From the IMG/VR virus record IMGVR_UViG_3300037047_000246: a DNA stretch of 64,000 nucleotides; one strand, given 5' to 3'. This DNA is from a virus. Taxonomy: Duplodnaviria > Caudoviricetes. The stretch's first letter is position 1. Each line of letters starts with the position of its first letter. This document shows positions 1 through 9,188 of the stretch, one piece after another. Made by a program: the position numbers and the translations under genes. The notes beneath the pieces were generated by a model. It was not told the origin of the DNA and did no database searches. It was given only the letters and a program-made list of their open reading frames with translations.

Positions 1-2
1 GG

Positions 3-2057
3 CGCAATCTGTTCGGCTTGGAGCCGGTCGATGCCGTGTGCCGCGGCCACAGGCGAGGCGAATACTGGATCCATACAGCTTACGCCGGCGAGCTCAAGAC
101 TTCGCTGTCGTTGAACTACGCGTACAACAACGCATACGTCTACGGCAAGAACATCTTTTATGCCATCCTAGAAATGCCGTACAAGCAGCTGCGCCGTCAG
201 TTGTACGTCATTCACTCGTCGCACGGCAAATTTGTGACCGAGTGGTGGAAAGAAGACGAGCGGCTGGGTATTCCACCTGAACATCGCTACACCGGTTTGG
301 ACTACCGCAAGGTGAGAGACGGCGAGTTGTCGCCGAAGGACAAAGAGCGCCTCAAGATGGTCGCTCAAGACTTCAAAACAACTTCAAAAGGCAAGTTGTT
401 TGTCTGGCGCCCTTCAGAAGAGGTCGGCATTCTGGAAATCCGGCGCAAGGCCGAGATGTTTCACAACAAATGGGGCTGCGACGGCATCGTTGTGGACCAC
501 CTCGGCCTTGCCAAGCCTCGCTACAGGACTTCGGACTTCGTGACGTCTTCGAACGCCGTGGTCCGCGACGGACGCCTGATGGCGCTAAACTTCGCGCGAG
601 GCCGAGGCGTGCCGGTGCTGGCTCTGTTCCAAATGAACCGCCAGGGCAAACTCCGAGCAGACAAGAACGACGGCCGCTACGACATGGCTGCGATATCCTA
701 CGCTAACGAGTGCTGTGCTGAAGGTACGCTAGTGCAAACGCAGCTCGGACTCTTGCCTATTGAACAAGTGGAGCCTGGAGTGCACCGCGTATGGAGCTCC
801 ACCGGATGGAAGGGAGTGTTGAATCGATTCGACAATGGCGTCAGAGACGTCTACACGGTCGAGACCGCCGACGGAGCCGCGGCAAAATTTACTGGCGAAC
901 ACAAGCTCCGTGCTTTGCGCGGCGGCAAAGTCGTTTGGGTGCAGGTGTCAGATTTGATCCCTGGCGATGTTCTGTTGTCCGATTTTGACAATGGGCAGTT
1001 CCCACTCGATCCGCCTTTGCTGCCTGCTCTGGACACATGCAAGTACGAACGGCCGACCAACCATGATGGGGAGACGTTGACCGTGCCGTCTAGGCTAGGG
1101 GCAGGTCTTGCCTATCGGATGGGAGTCGGATTGGACCGCAAGCCTGGGATTCCTGCTGTAGTGTTGGCCGCCCCGAAGGCGATGGTTGTGGCGTACTTGC
1201 AAGGCCTTTTCGACACTGATGGGTCGATAAACTCGCAAGGCGTAATCAGCATTGATTTGAAACGCGACATGAAGCGCACTTTGTTGCATGCGAAGCTTTT
1301 GCTGGCTAAACTCGGAGTGGCTAGCACTGTGCACGATTCAGTCACGCGGCTCGCTGGCTGCGATTTTGACAGAACGGTTCTTCGCGTCCGCGCTAGACTG
1401 TCGAGAGAGATGTTTGCCCGCATCGTTGGTTTTACAGAACCTGAGAAGCAGGTCAAACTCATGTCTTTTGTGCATGCTGCGGCCGGGTCCCCTAAAGCTG
1501 GGGACTTCGTATCGTGGCCAGTGACGGATATGTTGGAAAGAGTATGCAGCCGGCATATCGCGTGCCTGCCTCGCAAACTTCAGCATGCGATTAAAACGCG
1601 CCGGGTGTCTCATGGTGCGCTTATGCAGTTGGTGAACTTGCTCCGGGATGTGTGCGACAACGATGACTTGGACTGTTTAAGAGTGCTGGCTTCAGCATGC
1701 AGACCCGCTGTGGTCAAATCGGTCGTAGCCGATGGTCAGAGTCAAGTGTTTGACCTGGAAGTCACCGGAGACCATGAGTACTCCACCGACGGTTTTTTGT
1801 CGCATAACTGCGAGAAAAGTGCCGACGTCATCACCTGGACGTACCTGAACGACCAGCTTCGCAAAGAAGGCAAGTTTTACATGGGCAACTTGAAGAACCG
1901 GGACAATCCGCTGTTCGATAGGATGACTGGCAAGATCCTATGGTTGTCCAAGCGAATGCGAGCAATCGAATCTGGGCTTATCGACATCAACAACGACCTT
2001 CTAGTCTCGGCCGGGAGGCACGTCAGTCAACTGTCGGCATCCGATTTGCTCATTTGA
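3..2057 (+). CDS. dnaB: DnaB-like (SF4) replicative helicase, 5'-truncated by window edge, intein-containing
   Basis: Frame is open from base 3 (RNLFGLEPVDAVCRGHRRGEYW resembles DnaB TGFxxLDxxxxG...GEL). Variant Walker A AYAGELKTS, Walker B IVVDHL, LFQMNR motif, ECEKSAD after splicing (aligns to SIEQDAD), KNR arginine finger. Confidence 0.88.
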   Translation, partial: RNLFGLEPVDAVCRGHRRGEYWIHTAYAGELKTSLSLNYAYNNAYVYGKNIFYAILEMPYKQLRRQLYVIHSSHGKFVTEWWKEDERLGIPPEHRYTGLDYRKVRDGELSPKDKERLKMVAQDFKTTSKGKLFVWRPSEEVGILEIRRKAEMFHNKWGCDGIVVDHLGLAKPRYRTSDFVTSSNAVVRDGRLMALNFARGRGVPVLALFQMNRQGKLRADKNDGRYDMAAISYANECCAEGTLVQTQLGLLPIEQVEPGVHRVWSSTGWKGVLNRFDNGVRDVYTVETADGAAAKFTGEHKLRALRGGKVVWVQVSDLIPGDVLLSDFDNGQFPLDPPLLPALDTCKYERPTNHDGETLTVPSRLGAGLAYRMGVGLDRKPGIPAVVLAAPKAMVVAYLQGLFDTDGSINSQGVISIDLKRDMKRTLLHAKLLLAKLGVASTVHDSVTRLAGCDFDRTVLRVRARLSREMFARIVGFTEPEKQVKLMSFVHAAAGSPKAGDFVSWPVTDMLERVCSRHIACLPRKLQHAIKTRRVSHGALMQLVNLLRDVCDNDDLDCLRVLASACRPAVVKSVVADGQSQVFDLEVTGDHEYSTDGFLSHNCEKSADVITWTYLNDQLRKEGKFYMGNLKNRDNPLFDRMTGKILWLSKRMRAIESGLIDINNDLLVSAGRHVSQLSASDLLI
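711..1808 (+). mobile_element. Intein (366 aa) with degenerate LAGLIDADG endonuclease domain
   Basis: N-terminus CCAEGTLV, block B FTGEHKL, LAGLIDADG-like YLQGLFDTDGSI, block F VFDLEV, C-terminal HN followed by Cys+1. Confidence 0.95.
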
Positions 2058-2066
2058 GGTGCGCAC

Positions 2067-2270
2067 ATGACTCCAAAGCTGTTCGGAGAGTGGGTCAGAT
2101 GGCGAGAAGCGCAGTGGCACGATTTGCCTACAGGCGGCGTTTATGAATTTTTGGACTCCAGTTCAGGAAAAATGCTGGAACTGGAAATGTTGGTGCGCGG
2201 TCAACAAGTGAGATGGTTCTGGCAGCAGGAGGGTAAGCCGTTCGCTTGGGTGAGGCCAGCATCGGCTTAG
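2067..2270 (+). CDS. hypothetical protein
   Basis: 67-aa ORF packed between helicase and primase ZBD; GAGGTG SD-like sequence upstream. Confidence 0.7.
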   Translation: MTPKLFGEWVRWREAQWHDLPTGGVYEFLDSSSGKMLELEMLVRGQQVRWFWQQEGKPFAWVRPASA

Positions 2271-2273
2271 TTT

Positions 2274-2891
2274 ATGGAACAAGACAGCACTTCTGACCAA
2301 CAATGGGTCCAGGATCGGATCAAAGCAGTATCTGAGCGATACGACGCGTTCGACGCCCTAGTCGAGAACGGGGTGGAGCTGGACGACAAAGACTCGACAT
2401 TGCAGATCCAGTGCCCTCTTCCTGGGCATGGTCAAGACAATAGACCGTCGGCCAGGTACTACGCCGCCAACGGGTCTTCGGCTGCGCATTTCTACTGCTT
2501 CAAATGCCGCGTTCAACTGAACGGCATAGGCCTGATGGCAAGGATGCGCGGCATGGAGTTCATGCGAGCGCTGGGCGAGCTGGAGCGCCGTTTCAGCATC
2601 AAAACTCCGCGACGGCCCGAAGCCAGCATAGGTATGCCGCAAGACCGCAGCGGCGCATACGAGTCCAAAGCCTGGTCAGACGTGCCGCGGATGCTGGACC
2701 TTCTCGAGTCCAAGCTTTTGCGTCTGCGAAGTTCAGCTGCTCTCCTGGACTACATCAAGTGGTGCAGGGTGCTGGACGCAGTGCAATGGGACCTGGACCA
2801 CAACGGCGGGCAACCAACGCCGCAGATGGTTCTGATTTTGGCTCAGCTTAGAGATGCTATGAACAAATGCATGCAGAATGCAGACATTTGA
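2274..2891 (+). CDS. CHC2-type zinc-finger protein (primase zinc-binding domain without TOPRIM)
   Basis: CPLPGH-x-DNRPSA...FYCFKC motif typical of the DnaG N-terminal domain; no TOPRIM DxD domain follows. Confidence 0.8.
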   Translation: MEQDSTSDQQWVQDRIKAVSERYDAFDALVENGVELDDKDSTLQIQCPLPGHGQDNRPSARYYAANGSSAAHFYCFKCRVQLNGIGLMARMRGMEFMRALGELERRFSIKTPRRPEASIGMPQDRSGAYESKAWSDVPRMLDLLESKLLRLRSSAALLDYIKWCRVLDAVQWDLDHNGGQPTPQMVLILAQLRDAMNKCMQNADI

Positions 2892-3336
2892 ATATAGCTT
2901 GGAGCTGAGCACTGGCGAGCGGCTTGCTGTGACAGAGATCGCCATGGGAGCTTTGGACTCTTGGATGACCAAAGCCTTTTCCGACGCCGCTGCGCGTCAG
3001 CTGCTGGCTGGCGTGTTGGACCTTTGCACCCGCGCGCCAAGATGTGTGCTGGACGATGCCAAGATAGGGTACACAAAACCCCTGGAGAGGCTGCTGAAAA
3101 CTCCGCCCAGCGGGGCTCTGATGCGGCTCGACAAGCCAGAATGCTTCAGCATGTCCAACTGTGCCGTGGCAGACAAAGCAAAGTGCACAGCGAGATTTGA
3201 TAAGTTTCCCGAATGTTGGGACTACGACATAGGGCACAGCGACGACTTCACCGATGCTATGTCTGCGGCTCAGGAGCTAGCGAAGACGGTGGTGTTTGCT
3301 TGGAAAGACGGACGATACGTCATTATTTCCGAGTAA
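2878..3336 (+). CDS. hypothetical Cys-rich protein
   Basis: 152-aa ORF overlapping the upstream stop; operon-like packing. Confidence 0.7.
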   Translation: MQTFEYSLELSTGERLAVTEIAMGALDSWMTKAFSDAAARQLLAGVLDLCTRAPRCVLDDAKIGYTKPLERLLKTPPSGALMRLDKPECFSMSNCAVADKAKCTARFDKFPECWDYDIGHSDDFTDAMSAAQELAKTVVFAWKDGRYVIISE

Positions 3337-4246
3337 GCTCGTCAGCGAGCTCTTCAACAAGCCGAGCTGCTCTCGGAGACAGCTTCTTCGGCACTTCCAC
3401 CACGGCGACGATGCGAAGGTCGCCGGTTCTTCCTGTTTGCGAGTTCTTGATGCCTCCGCCAGACACGACTACGTGTTCGTTCGGCTGAATGCCGGACTGG
3501 ACGTCGAATTCAACAAGCTTGCCGTCCAGTCCGGCCACCGCAGCGCGAACGCCGCGAATAGCGTCGAACACTCCAATCTTAGACCGCGTGACCAGGTCAT
3601 CTCCGGATCTGTCGAACCGGCTGTGGCGCAGCCCCACTATGCGGACGAAAAGGCGGCCGCGGACTCCGCCAAAATCGCCGTCGAAGCACAGCTCTTGGCC
3701 ATGCTCTGCTCCGGCCGGAATTTGCACCCAGGCTTCAGCTTCGCCCGCCGCGCGACCCTTGCCGCTGCATTCTTTGCAAGGCCGAAGCGGCACGGTGCCT
3801 GCGCCTTTGCATGTGGCACATTGGCGCACCTTGCTGTTGAACCCCCACATGCTGGTTTGTTTGCCGGTTCCCAGACACTGGACACAAGGGCCGACTGGGG
3901 AGTCCGGCGCCCGTCCGGCGCCGCAGCACGTCCGGCAGGGCACTCCGTCCACCTTCACCACTACGCGCTTCGTGCAGCCGAACGCCTGCTCCTCCAGCGT
4001 CAGCTCTGCCGTACAGCTAGCTTCGTCGCAGACGACAGGCTCGACAGTCTCGGCAATGTCCTTGAGGCGGTCGTAGGCCCAAGTGATGCGCCTAAATTCT
4101 TCAGCGTCCCCTCCCGCGTCGGGGTGCGCTTGACTGGCCATTTTTCTGTACGCCCGCTTGACGTCGTCTTGGTTTGCTCCAACAGACAGGCCAAGAATCT
4201 CGTATGGGTCGTTTGAATCCACGGCTAACGCTACTTTGCCAGACAA
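3323..4246 (-). CDS. dnaJ: DnaJ co-chaperone
   Basis: J-domain DPYEILG...HPD, four CxxCxGxG repeats, C-terminal peptide-binding domain. True start may be GTG at about 4222. Confidence 0.92.
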   Translation of the reverse strand: MSGKVALAVDSNDPYEILGLSVGANQDDVKRAYRKMASQAHPDAGGDAEEFRRITWAYDRLKDIAETVEPVVCDEASCTAELTLEEQAFGCTKRVVVKVDGVPCRTCCGAGRAPDSPVGPCVQCLGTGKQTSMWGFNSKVRQCATCKGAGTVPLRPCKECSGKGRAAGEAEAWVQIPAGAEHGQELCFDGDFGGVRGRLFVRIVGLRHSRFDRSGDDLVTRSKIGVFDAIRGVRAAVAGLDGKLVEFDVQSGIQPNEHVVVSGGGIKNSQTGRTGDLRIVAVVEVPKKLSPRAARLVEELADELTRK

Positions 4247-4271
4247 CTCTGAGTCAAAGTCGTTCTCGCGA

Positions 4272-4277
4272 TGTATT
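4272..4277 (+). promoter_or_regulatory. YGTA(A/T)N promoter box, polA
   Basis: TGTATT, 7 nt before ATG 4285. Confidence 0.5.
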
Positions 4278-4284
4278 TTTCTAT

Positions 4285-7158
4285 ATGCAACTTGCCCAAG
4301 CTGACGATCGAGTCACCGTACAACGCCCTTGGTTTAGCGGTTTCGGGTTTCACCTGGTTCAGAACGTCGACCAATTTCGCAAGCTGGTGGATATTTGTAT
4401 ACAGAGGGGATTGTGTTCGCTCGACGTCGAGTCTACAGGGCTCGACAACAGGGTGTACCAGGACGCTTATTTCGAAGACGGCAAAAAGACCCGCCACGGC
4501 ATCAGAACCATCGATCGAATCGTTGGTCTATGCATGTCATTCGACGGGCAGAACGGCTACTACATCCCACTGACGCATGAGCCAGAAGACTCAGGCAACC
4601 TACCTTGGGATCCGGTGTGCGACGAGTTGACGCGGTTGGTGAACAACTGCAAAATCATATTCCACGGCGGCAAATATGACAAAGAGATGCTGCTGCCGTT
4701 GGTGAATCGCGAGTACTGGAAGGCAGACGAGCACGAAGACACGATGCTTCTGGCCAAGGTGATAAACCCGCTCAAAGGTATGCCGGCCGGCTTGAAACCG
4801 CTGACCAAGATTCACTTCGGCATAGAGATGATCGAGCTCGACGACCTGTTCACGCACGAGAAAAAAGAGCAGCTTCGCAAGGAGAAAAAGCGGTACAACT
4901 TCGCGCTGCTGCACCCTAAAGAAGGGCTTGAGTACGGCTGCTCGGACGGCATATTCACTTACAAGTTGTGGTTTGCCCTGAAGGACAAACTCCAAGGGCA
5001 CGACATGATGATGTACAACTTGGAGAAGTCCTTTTGCAACGTCGTGCAGAAGATGGAGCGCAACCGGGTCCACATTGATGTGAGTCGCGTAGAGCAGCTG
5101 TCAGCAGAGTGCGACGCTATGCTCAAGCTAACTGGCGATGCGGTCAGAGACATAATCGAGTCGCGCACTGGAAAGACGGGCAGATGGAGGACCCTGAACG
5201 TGGGTTCGCCGAAGCAGCTGTCCATGGCTCTGCTGACGGACCCGGAGGGTCTGTGTCTGAAACCTACCAAATTCATGTTGGGGGAGGATGATCAGTATGC
5301 GGACGCGCTGTCCGGCGATAGCGAAGAGAACGAAGAGGAGGACGACTCCGGCGTGCAGAAGCAGTACACGCTAAAGGACGAGGCCCTCAAGTCCATGGAC
5401 GCCGCATACGGCAAGGCTTACGGCGTTGTGTTGCACGGTGAAACAGACAAAGCCGGCAAACCGAAGACGCAAAGCCTGTTCTACCTGGTCATTGAATTCA
5501 GACACTATCAGAAAATGAAGGGGTCGTTCACCGACAAGCTGATGCAGTCTCACGACAAGTATGGGGACGTGAGGCCGGTGTTCAATCAGATGGGGACCGA
5601 CACCACGCGCCTTTCGTCGAAAGCCGGCAAAATCGCAGACGGCTTCTCCGGCATCAACTTCCAGGGCATCCCGAGAGACTCTGACGACGACAAGCCTGAA
5701 CTGTTCAAGCAAATCCGCACTTGCATCATCCCGAGGCCCGGCAAATTCTTGGTGAAACTGGACTTCGCTGGAGAGGAACTGAGGGTTGTGTGCAACCTGT
5801 CAGGCGACCCTATTTGGACCAGGTCTTTCTTGCACGAAGACGGGGACGTGCACAGCATCACCTCTCGCACCCTGTTCGGCAAAAGCGAAGTGTCTAAAGA
5901 CGAGCGCAACCGGGGCAAACGCTGCAACTTTGCTTTCATCTACGGAGGAGGAGCTGGCGCAATCTCCAGGAACGTCGGCTGCTCAGTTGAAGATGGCTCC
6001 AGGCACATGTCCAATCTCCGGGCCGCAGTCCCGGTGCTGATGGGGTATGTGGATCACCAGAAAGAGTTTGCGCGCAAGCACAAATGCGTATACACGGCTT
6101 TTGGGCGGCGCATCCCGATACCCACCATAGACTCCCCGATTCGCGCCATACGGGCGAAGGCGGAGCGATGCGCCATCAACTACACAATCCAGGCCACGTC
6201 GGCCGACATACTGAAGTTCGCGATGTGTCTTGTCGACAAGAAGATCCGAGAAATGGGTTGGGACGACAAGATCAAATACGTGATGACGGTGCATGATGAA
6301 GTTGTGTACGAAATCGAGCCGGAGCTTTTGCAAGAAGCGGTGCGAAAGCTCGACGAGTGGATGACGTACCCGTGGAAGCTTCCGAAGGCCCACGGCAGGG
6401 ACTGGGAAGTGCCGCTTCTGACTGAGCCCGGAATCGATGTCAACTGGAAGGCGCGCTTCGACTATTTCAAGATGGTGGACGGCATTCCGGCCGATCCCAA
6501 GGACGTGGTAGACGGGGTCTTCAAAGGCAAGTTGAAGAAAGACGAATACTACGACAACGGGCGAATGTTCCAGAAGATCCCAGAGTTTCTTGCTGAGTGG
6601 ATCAAGAGAGAGGATGGGGGAGAGGCGCAGCACCAAAGCAACCCGGCGACGCCAAAGCTCGTGGCGCCACAAGCTTTGGCGTCGCCTGCGGAGCAGATTG
6701 CCAAAGAGTCCGCGGAAGCCCGCTCCGACAAGGCTAACGACCCGGGAAAAAGCCGCGCCAGCGCGGCCGACCTCAGCCTCGACATAGGAGCGCCTTCGCT
6801 CAACATCAACGTGTCTCTGGACGAGCCTGACTCAAAACCTGAACCTGCAAAGCTGCACGAGCCAGCCGCCGAGACTCGCGACCAAACGGCCGCCGACTTG
6901 GCCCCGTCTCCGCAGCCGGACTACCATGTCGAGCCGGAGCCAAAAACCAGGGGCAACGGCGAAGTGTTCAGGTGGGTCATAGGATCTGTGCCGTCGGAAT
7001 CGGCTATGCGCAGACTGCACGCAGCGTGCATTCTGGCTGAAGGCGAGATTCCCATCCGCATAGTCAACCGCAGAGGCGACATTCTTGTTGGGGAATCTGA
7101 AAACATCCTAGTCGATCCTAGCAAATTCAAAATTGTGGTTGAGCTTTTCGGAATCTGA
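4285..7158 (+). CDS. polA: Family A DNA polymerase with 3'-5' exonuclease and about 200-aa C-terminal extension
   Basis: ExoI LDVESTG; motif A LDFAGEELRV; motif B RNRGKRCNFAFIYG (Phe at the E. coli 762-equivalent position); motif C TVHDEVV. Confidence 0.95.
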   Translation: MQLAQADDRVTVQRPWFSGFGFHLVQNVDQFRKLVDICIQRGLCSLDVESTGLDNRVYQDAYFEDGKKTRHGIRTIDRIVGLCMSFDGQNGYYIPLTHEPEDSGNLPWDPVCDELTRLVNNCKIIFHGGKYDKEMLLPLVNREYWKADEHEDTMLLAKVINPLKGMPAGLKPLTKIHFGIEMIELDDLFTHEKKEQLRKEKKRYNFALLHPKEGLEYGCSDGIFTYKLWFALKDKLQGHDMMMYNLEKSFCNVVQKMERNRVHIDVSRVEQLSAECDAMLKLTGDAVRDIIESRTGKTGRWRTLNVGSPKQLSMALLTDPEGLCLKPTKFMLGEDDQYADALSGDSEENEEEDDSGVQKQYTLKDEALKSMDAAYGKAYGVVLHGETDKAGKPKTQSLFYLVIEFRHYQKMKGSFTDKLMQSHDKYGDVRPVFNQMGTDTTRLSSKAGKIADGFSGINFQGIPRDSDDDKPELFKQIRTCIIPRPGKFLVKLDFAGEELRVVCNLSGDPIWTRSFLHEDGDVHSITSRTLFGKSEVSKDERNRGKRCNFAFIYGGGAGAISRNVGCSVEDGSRHMSNLRAAVPVLMGYVDHQKEFARKHKCVYTAFGRRIPIPTIDSPIRAIRAKAERCAINYTIQATSADILKFAMCLVDKKIREMGWDDKIKYVMTVHDEVVYEIEPELLQEAVRKLDEWMTYPWKLPKAHGRDWEVPLLTEPGIDVNWKARFDYFKMVDGIPADPKDVVDGVFKGKLKKDEYYDNGRMFQKIPEFLAEWIKREDGGEAQHQSNPATPKLVAPQALASPAEQIAKESAEARSDKANDPGKSRASAADLSLDIGAPSLNINVSLDEPDSKPEPAKLHEPAAETRDQTAADLAPSPQPDYHVEPEPKTRGNGEVFRWVIGSVPSESAMRRLHAACILAEGEIPIRIVNRRGDILVGESENILVDPSKFKIVVELFGI

Positions 7159-7159
7159 A

Positions 7160-7810
7160 ATGGCAAAACTGCTAGAATTTGGGTCCGTGGAATGCGTTTG
7201 TTCTGACAGCGAGACCCGTCAGATGGCCGTGCGCGTGAGCTGTCCGTGGTGCATAGTTCAGGCGGTCATGCCGCTGTTGCTCGGCCACGGCTTCATAGAT
7301 CAGTTCACGGTGTGCACTCCACTAGTGGCATGGGTGCCGGCGCTGAGCACAGAACATTTCACCGAAGTCGCAGTGTCCAGGGTCCCCAACATCGCTGAAA
7401 AGGCAAACGCAATGATGAGGGAACGCGCCATCGACATCATGCAGATGTTTGCCGACGTGGCTCAAGTGCTCAGGAATCCGGACTCAGGCATGTGTATGCT
7501 GCCTATGGGCGTGTATGTGGAGTTCCAATACAGGAGCACTTTCGAAGGCTTCGCTGCTGTGCTCGCTGCTTTCGAGCCACTAGGCACCCCGGGGGCCGCA
7601 GAGCTGCGACACGCCATGGCTCAGGTTTTGGCTCAGACGTTAGTCTCGGCTGGCTGCAGCATTTGCGAACCTGGCGGTGCAGACGTACCAGCGCTGCTTG
7701 GATCCGTGGCAAGCTCGTATTCCGTCAATGCAGCATCTGCCGCCAGAGCCGAGCAGAGCGATCTTTCTGGCCAGTGTTGCGGCGAAGAGCTCGACGCGGT
7801 GAAAAGATAG
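7160..7810 (+). CDS. ThyX-fold-like protein lacking the RHR motif (tentative)
   Basis: VRVSCPWCIVQAVMP resembles ThyX FxIxxPxxVxxQxxRHR; LPMGVYVEFQYRST...AELRHAMAQVL resembles the ThyX C-terminus. Confidence 0.4.
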   Translation: MAKLLEFGSVECVCSDSETRQMAVRVSCPWCIVQAVMPLLLGHGFIDQFTVCTPLVAWVPALSTEHFTEVAVSRVPNIAEKANAMMRERAIDIMQMFADVAQVLRNPDSGMCMLPMGVYVEFQYRSTFEGFAAVLAAFEPLGTPGAAELRHAMAQVLAQTLVSAGCSICEPGGADVPALLGSVASSYSVNAASAARAEQSDLSGQCCGEELDAVKR

Positions 7811-8479
7811 GTTGGCTGACTGCTCAAGTCCTGAGATATGCTCCCTGCCGAACTCTATTTCTTGTGCTGTCTCTCCAGGCAAGTCCGCAAACTCCACTTT
7901 GTCGGCCAGCTTTTGTTTGACCCTGGACAGTATCTGCTCTGGGGCAGATAGGTGCGCATAAGCCGCGGCAGTTTCGGGCGTGGCGCGAGCCAATAGGGAC
8001 TGGTGCTTGGCCGACTCGTGCGAAGCCAGCGCCAGCGTGGACGACAACCCTGGATGCACCACTGGTCTGGACTTGTGCACGCCGCCATCCAGGCCGACGT
8101 AGTCTGGAGGGATGTAAACGTCTTTGGCGCTTATCGGTACAACAGCGCGGCCCGTCTGGCAGCTCACGAGATATAGACTAGGTTTAGCTGCTCGCTGCTG
8201 CTCAAGTTCGTCCAGCAGTATCTGAGCTGCACGTTCCAGTAGGTGCTCCGTGCCTGGTTTGGCTGGGCCGTATGACGCAGCCAATTCGCTCTTCACGCTT
8301 TGCGCTGGACGGCTTTCCGCAACCATCCGGCGCACTTCGGCGTTGTTTTCAATCTTTTTGCGCAGCTCCAGTAGGTATCCGGACACCACGTCTTCTTCTA
8401 TAGCAGCGGCCAGCGGAGTTCCAGCCGACTTTTCAATAGCAACTCCGGGGTCGTCGCCCCATTTATATTCGTCAGTCAT
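7640..8479 (-). CDS. hypothetical protein
   Basis: Long ORF coupled to the upstream gene; overlaps the convergent ThyX-like ORF tail by about 170 bp. Confidence 0.7.
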   Translation of the reverse strand: MTDEYKWGDDPGVAIEKSAGTPLAAAIEEDVVSGYLLELRKKIENNAEVRRMVAESRPAQSVKSELAASYGPAKPGTEHLLERAAQILLDELEQQRAAKPSLYLVSCQTGRAVVPISAKDVYIPPDYVGLDGGVHKSRPVVHPGLSSTLALASHESAKHQSLLARATPETAAAYAHLSAPEQILSRVKQKLADKVEFADLPGETAQEIEFGREHISGLEQSANLSFHRVELFAATLARKIALLGSGGRCCIDGIRACHGSKQRWYVCTARFANAAASRD

Positions 8480-9002
8480 CATCGAACACGAAGACGTTGC
8501 CTTGAGCAGGCGTCTCCTCCTCCATCTTGGTCTGGTCACCCAGCATCACCGGCTGCTTGAACGGCGTATTGAACAACATTTGGCCAGGGGGCGCGGCCGG
8601 AGCGGCGGGCGGCGGGCAAACGTCCGGACCAGGCCGCGGCTCCAGCTGAGCTTCTGCAGCTGGCGGGCTACTGACTGGAGATCCGGGCTCTGTGTCCGGG
8701 ACGTCGTCGAACGACAGCGGACTTGCGGACGTCTCGAACGTTTGCGTTTGTACTTCCGGCACGCGCGTCGTCTCCATGGGCGCGAAATTCGGATTGGCCA
8801 GGTCCGGGGCGACTATCCTCGGCACCTTTTCAAACAAGACAGTGCGCCAGTTTTTGACTCTCGTGTCGAATCCAGAGGCATTGCCCCAGCTTCTGGAGCA
8901 ACCTCTGTTGGAGCACACCGCGCAAAACTCCCGATTGAACGCGTCTATCGGCGCTCCTTTGAATTCTGACATGCATTCGCGCAGGAAGTCTTGCTTTGCC
9001 AT
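8472..9002 (-). CDS. hypothetical protein (Cys-rich N-terminus, Pro-rich linker)
   Basis: 176-aa ORF, CAVCSNRGC motif. Confidence 0.75.
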   Translation of the reverse strand: MAKQDFLRECMSEFKGAPIDAFNREFCAVCSNRGCSRSWGNASGFDTRVKNWRTVLFEKVPRIVAPDLANPNFAPMETTRVPEVQTQTFETSASPLSFDDVPDTEPGSPVSSPPAAEAQLEPRPGPDVCPPPAAPAAPPGQMLFNTPFKQPVMLGDQTKMEEETPAQGNVFVFDDD

Positions 9003-9188
9003 CGAAGAACTCTACTGCTCCCTATGCGCCAATGTGCTGCATGTTTAGAGACTCGATAACGTATGCGCGGGGGAGTGTCTTGACTCTTTAGCTGATTCCA
9101 GTCGCAACGCAAACGTGGGCGTCTCGCAGCAAGGCTATATAGAATGCGCGCCTGCACAGTGGACGTGCGGACGGTGTATTGTGCATGA

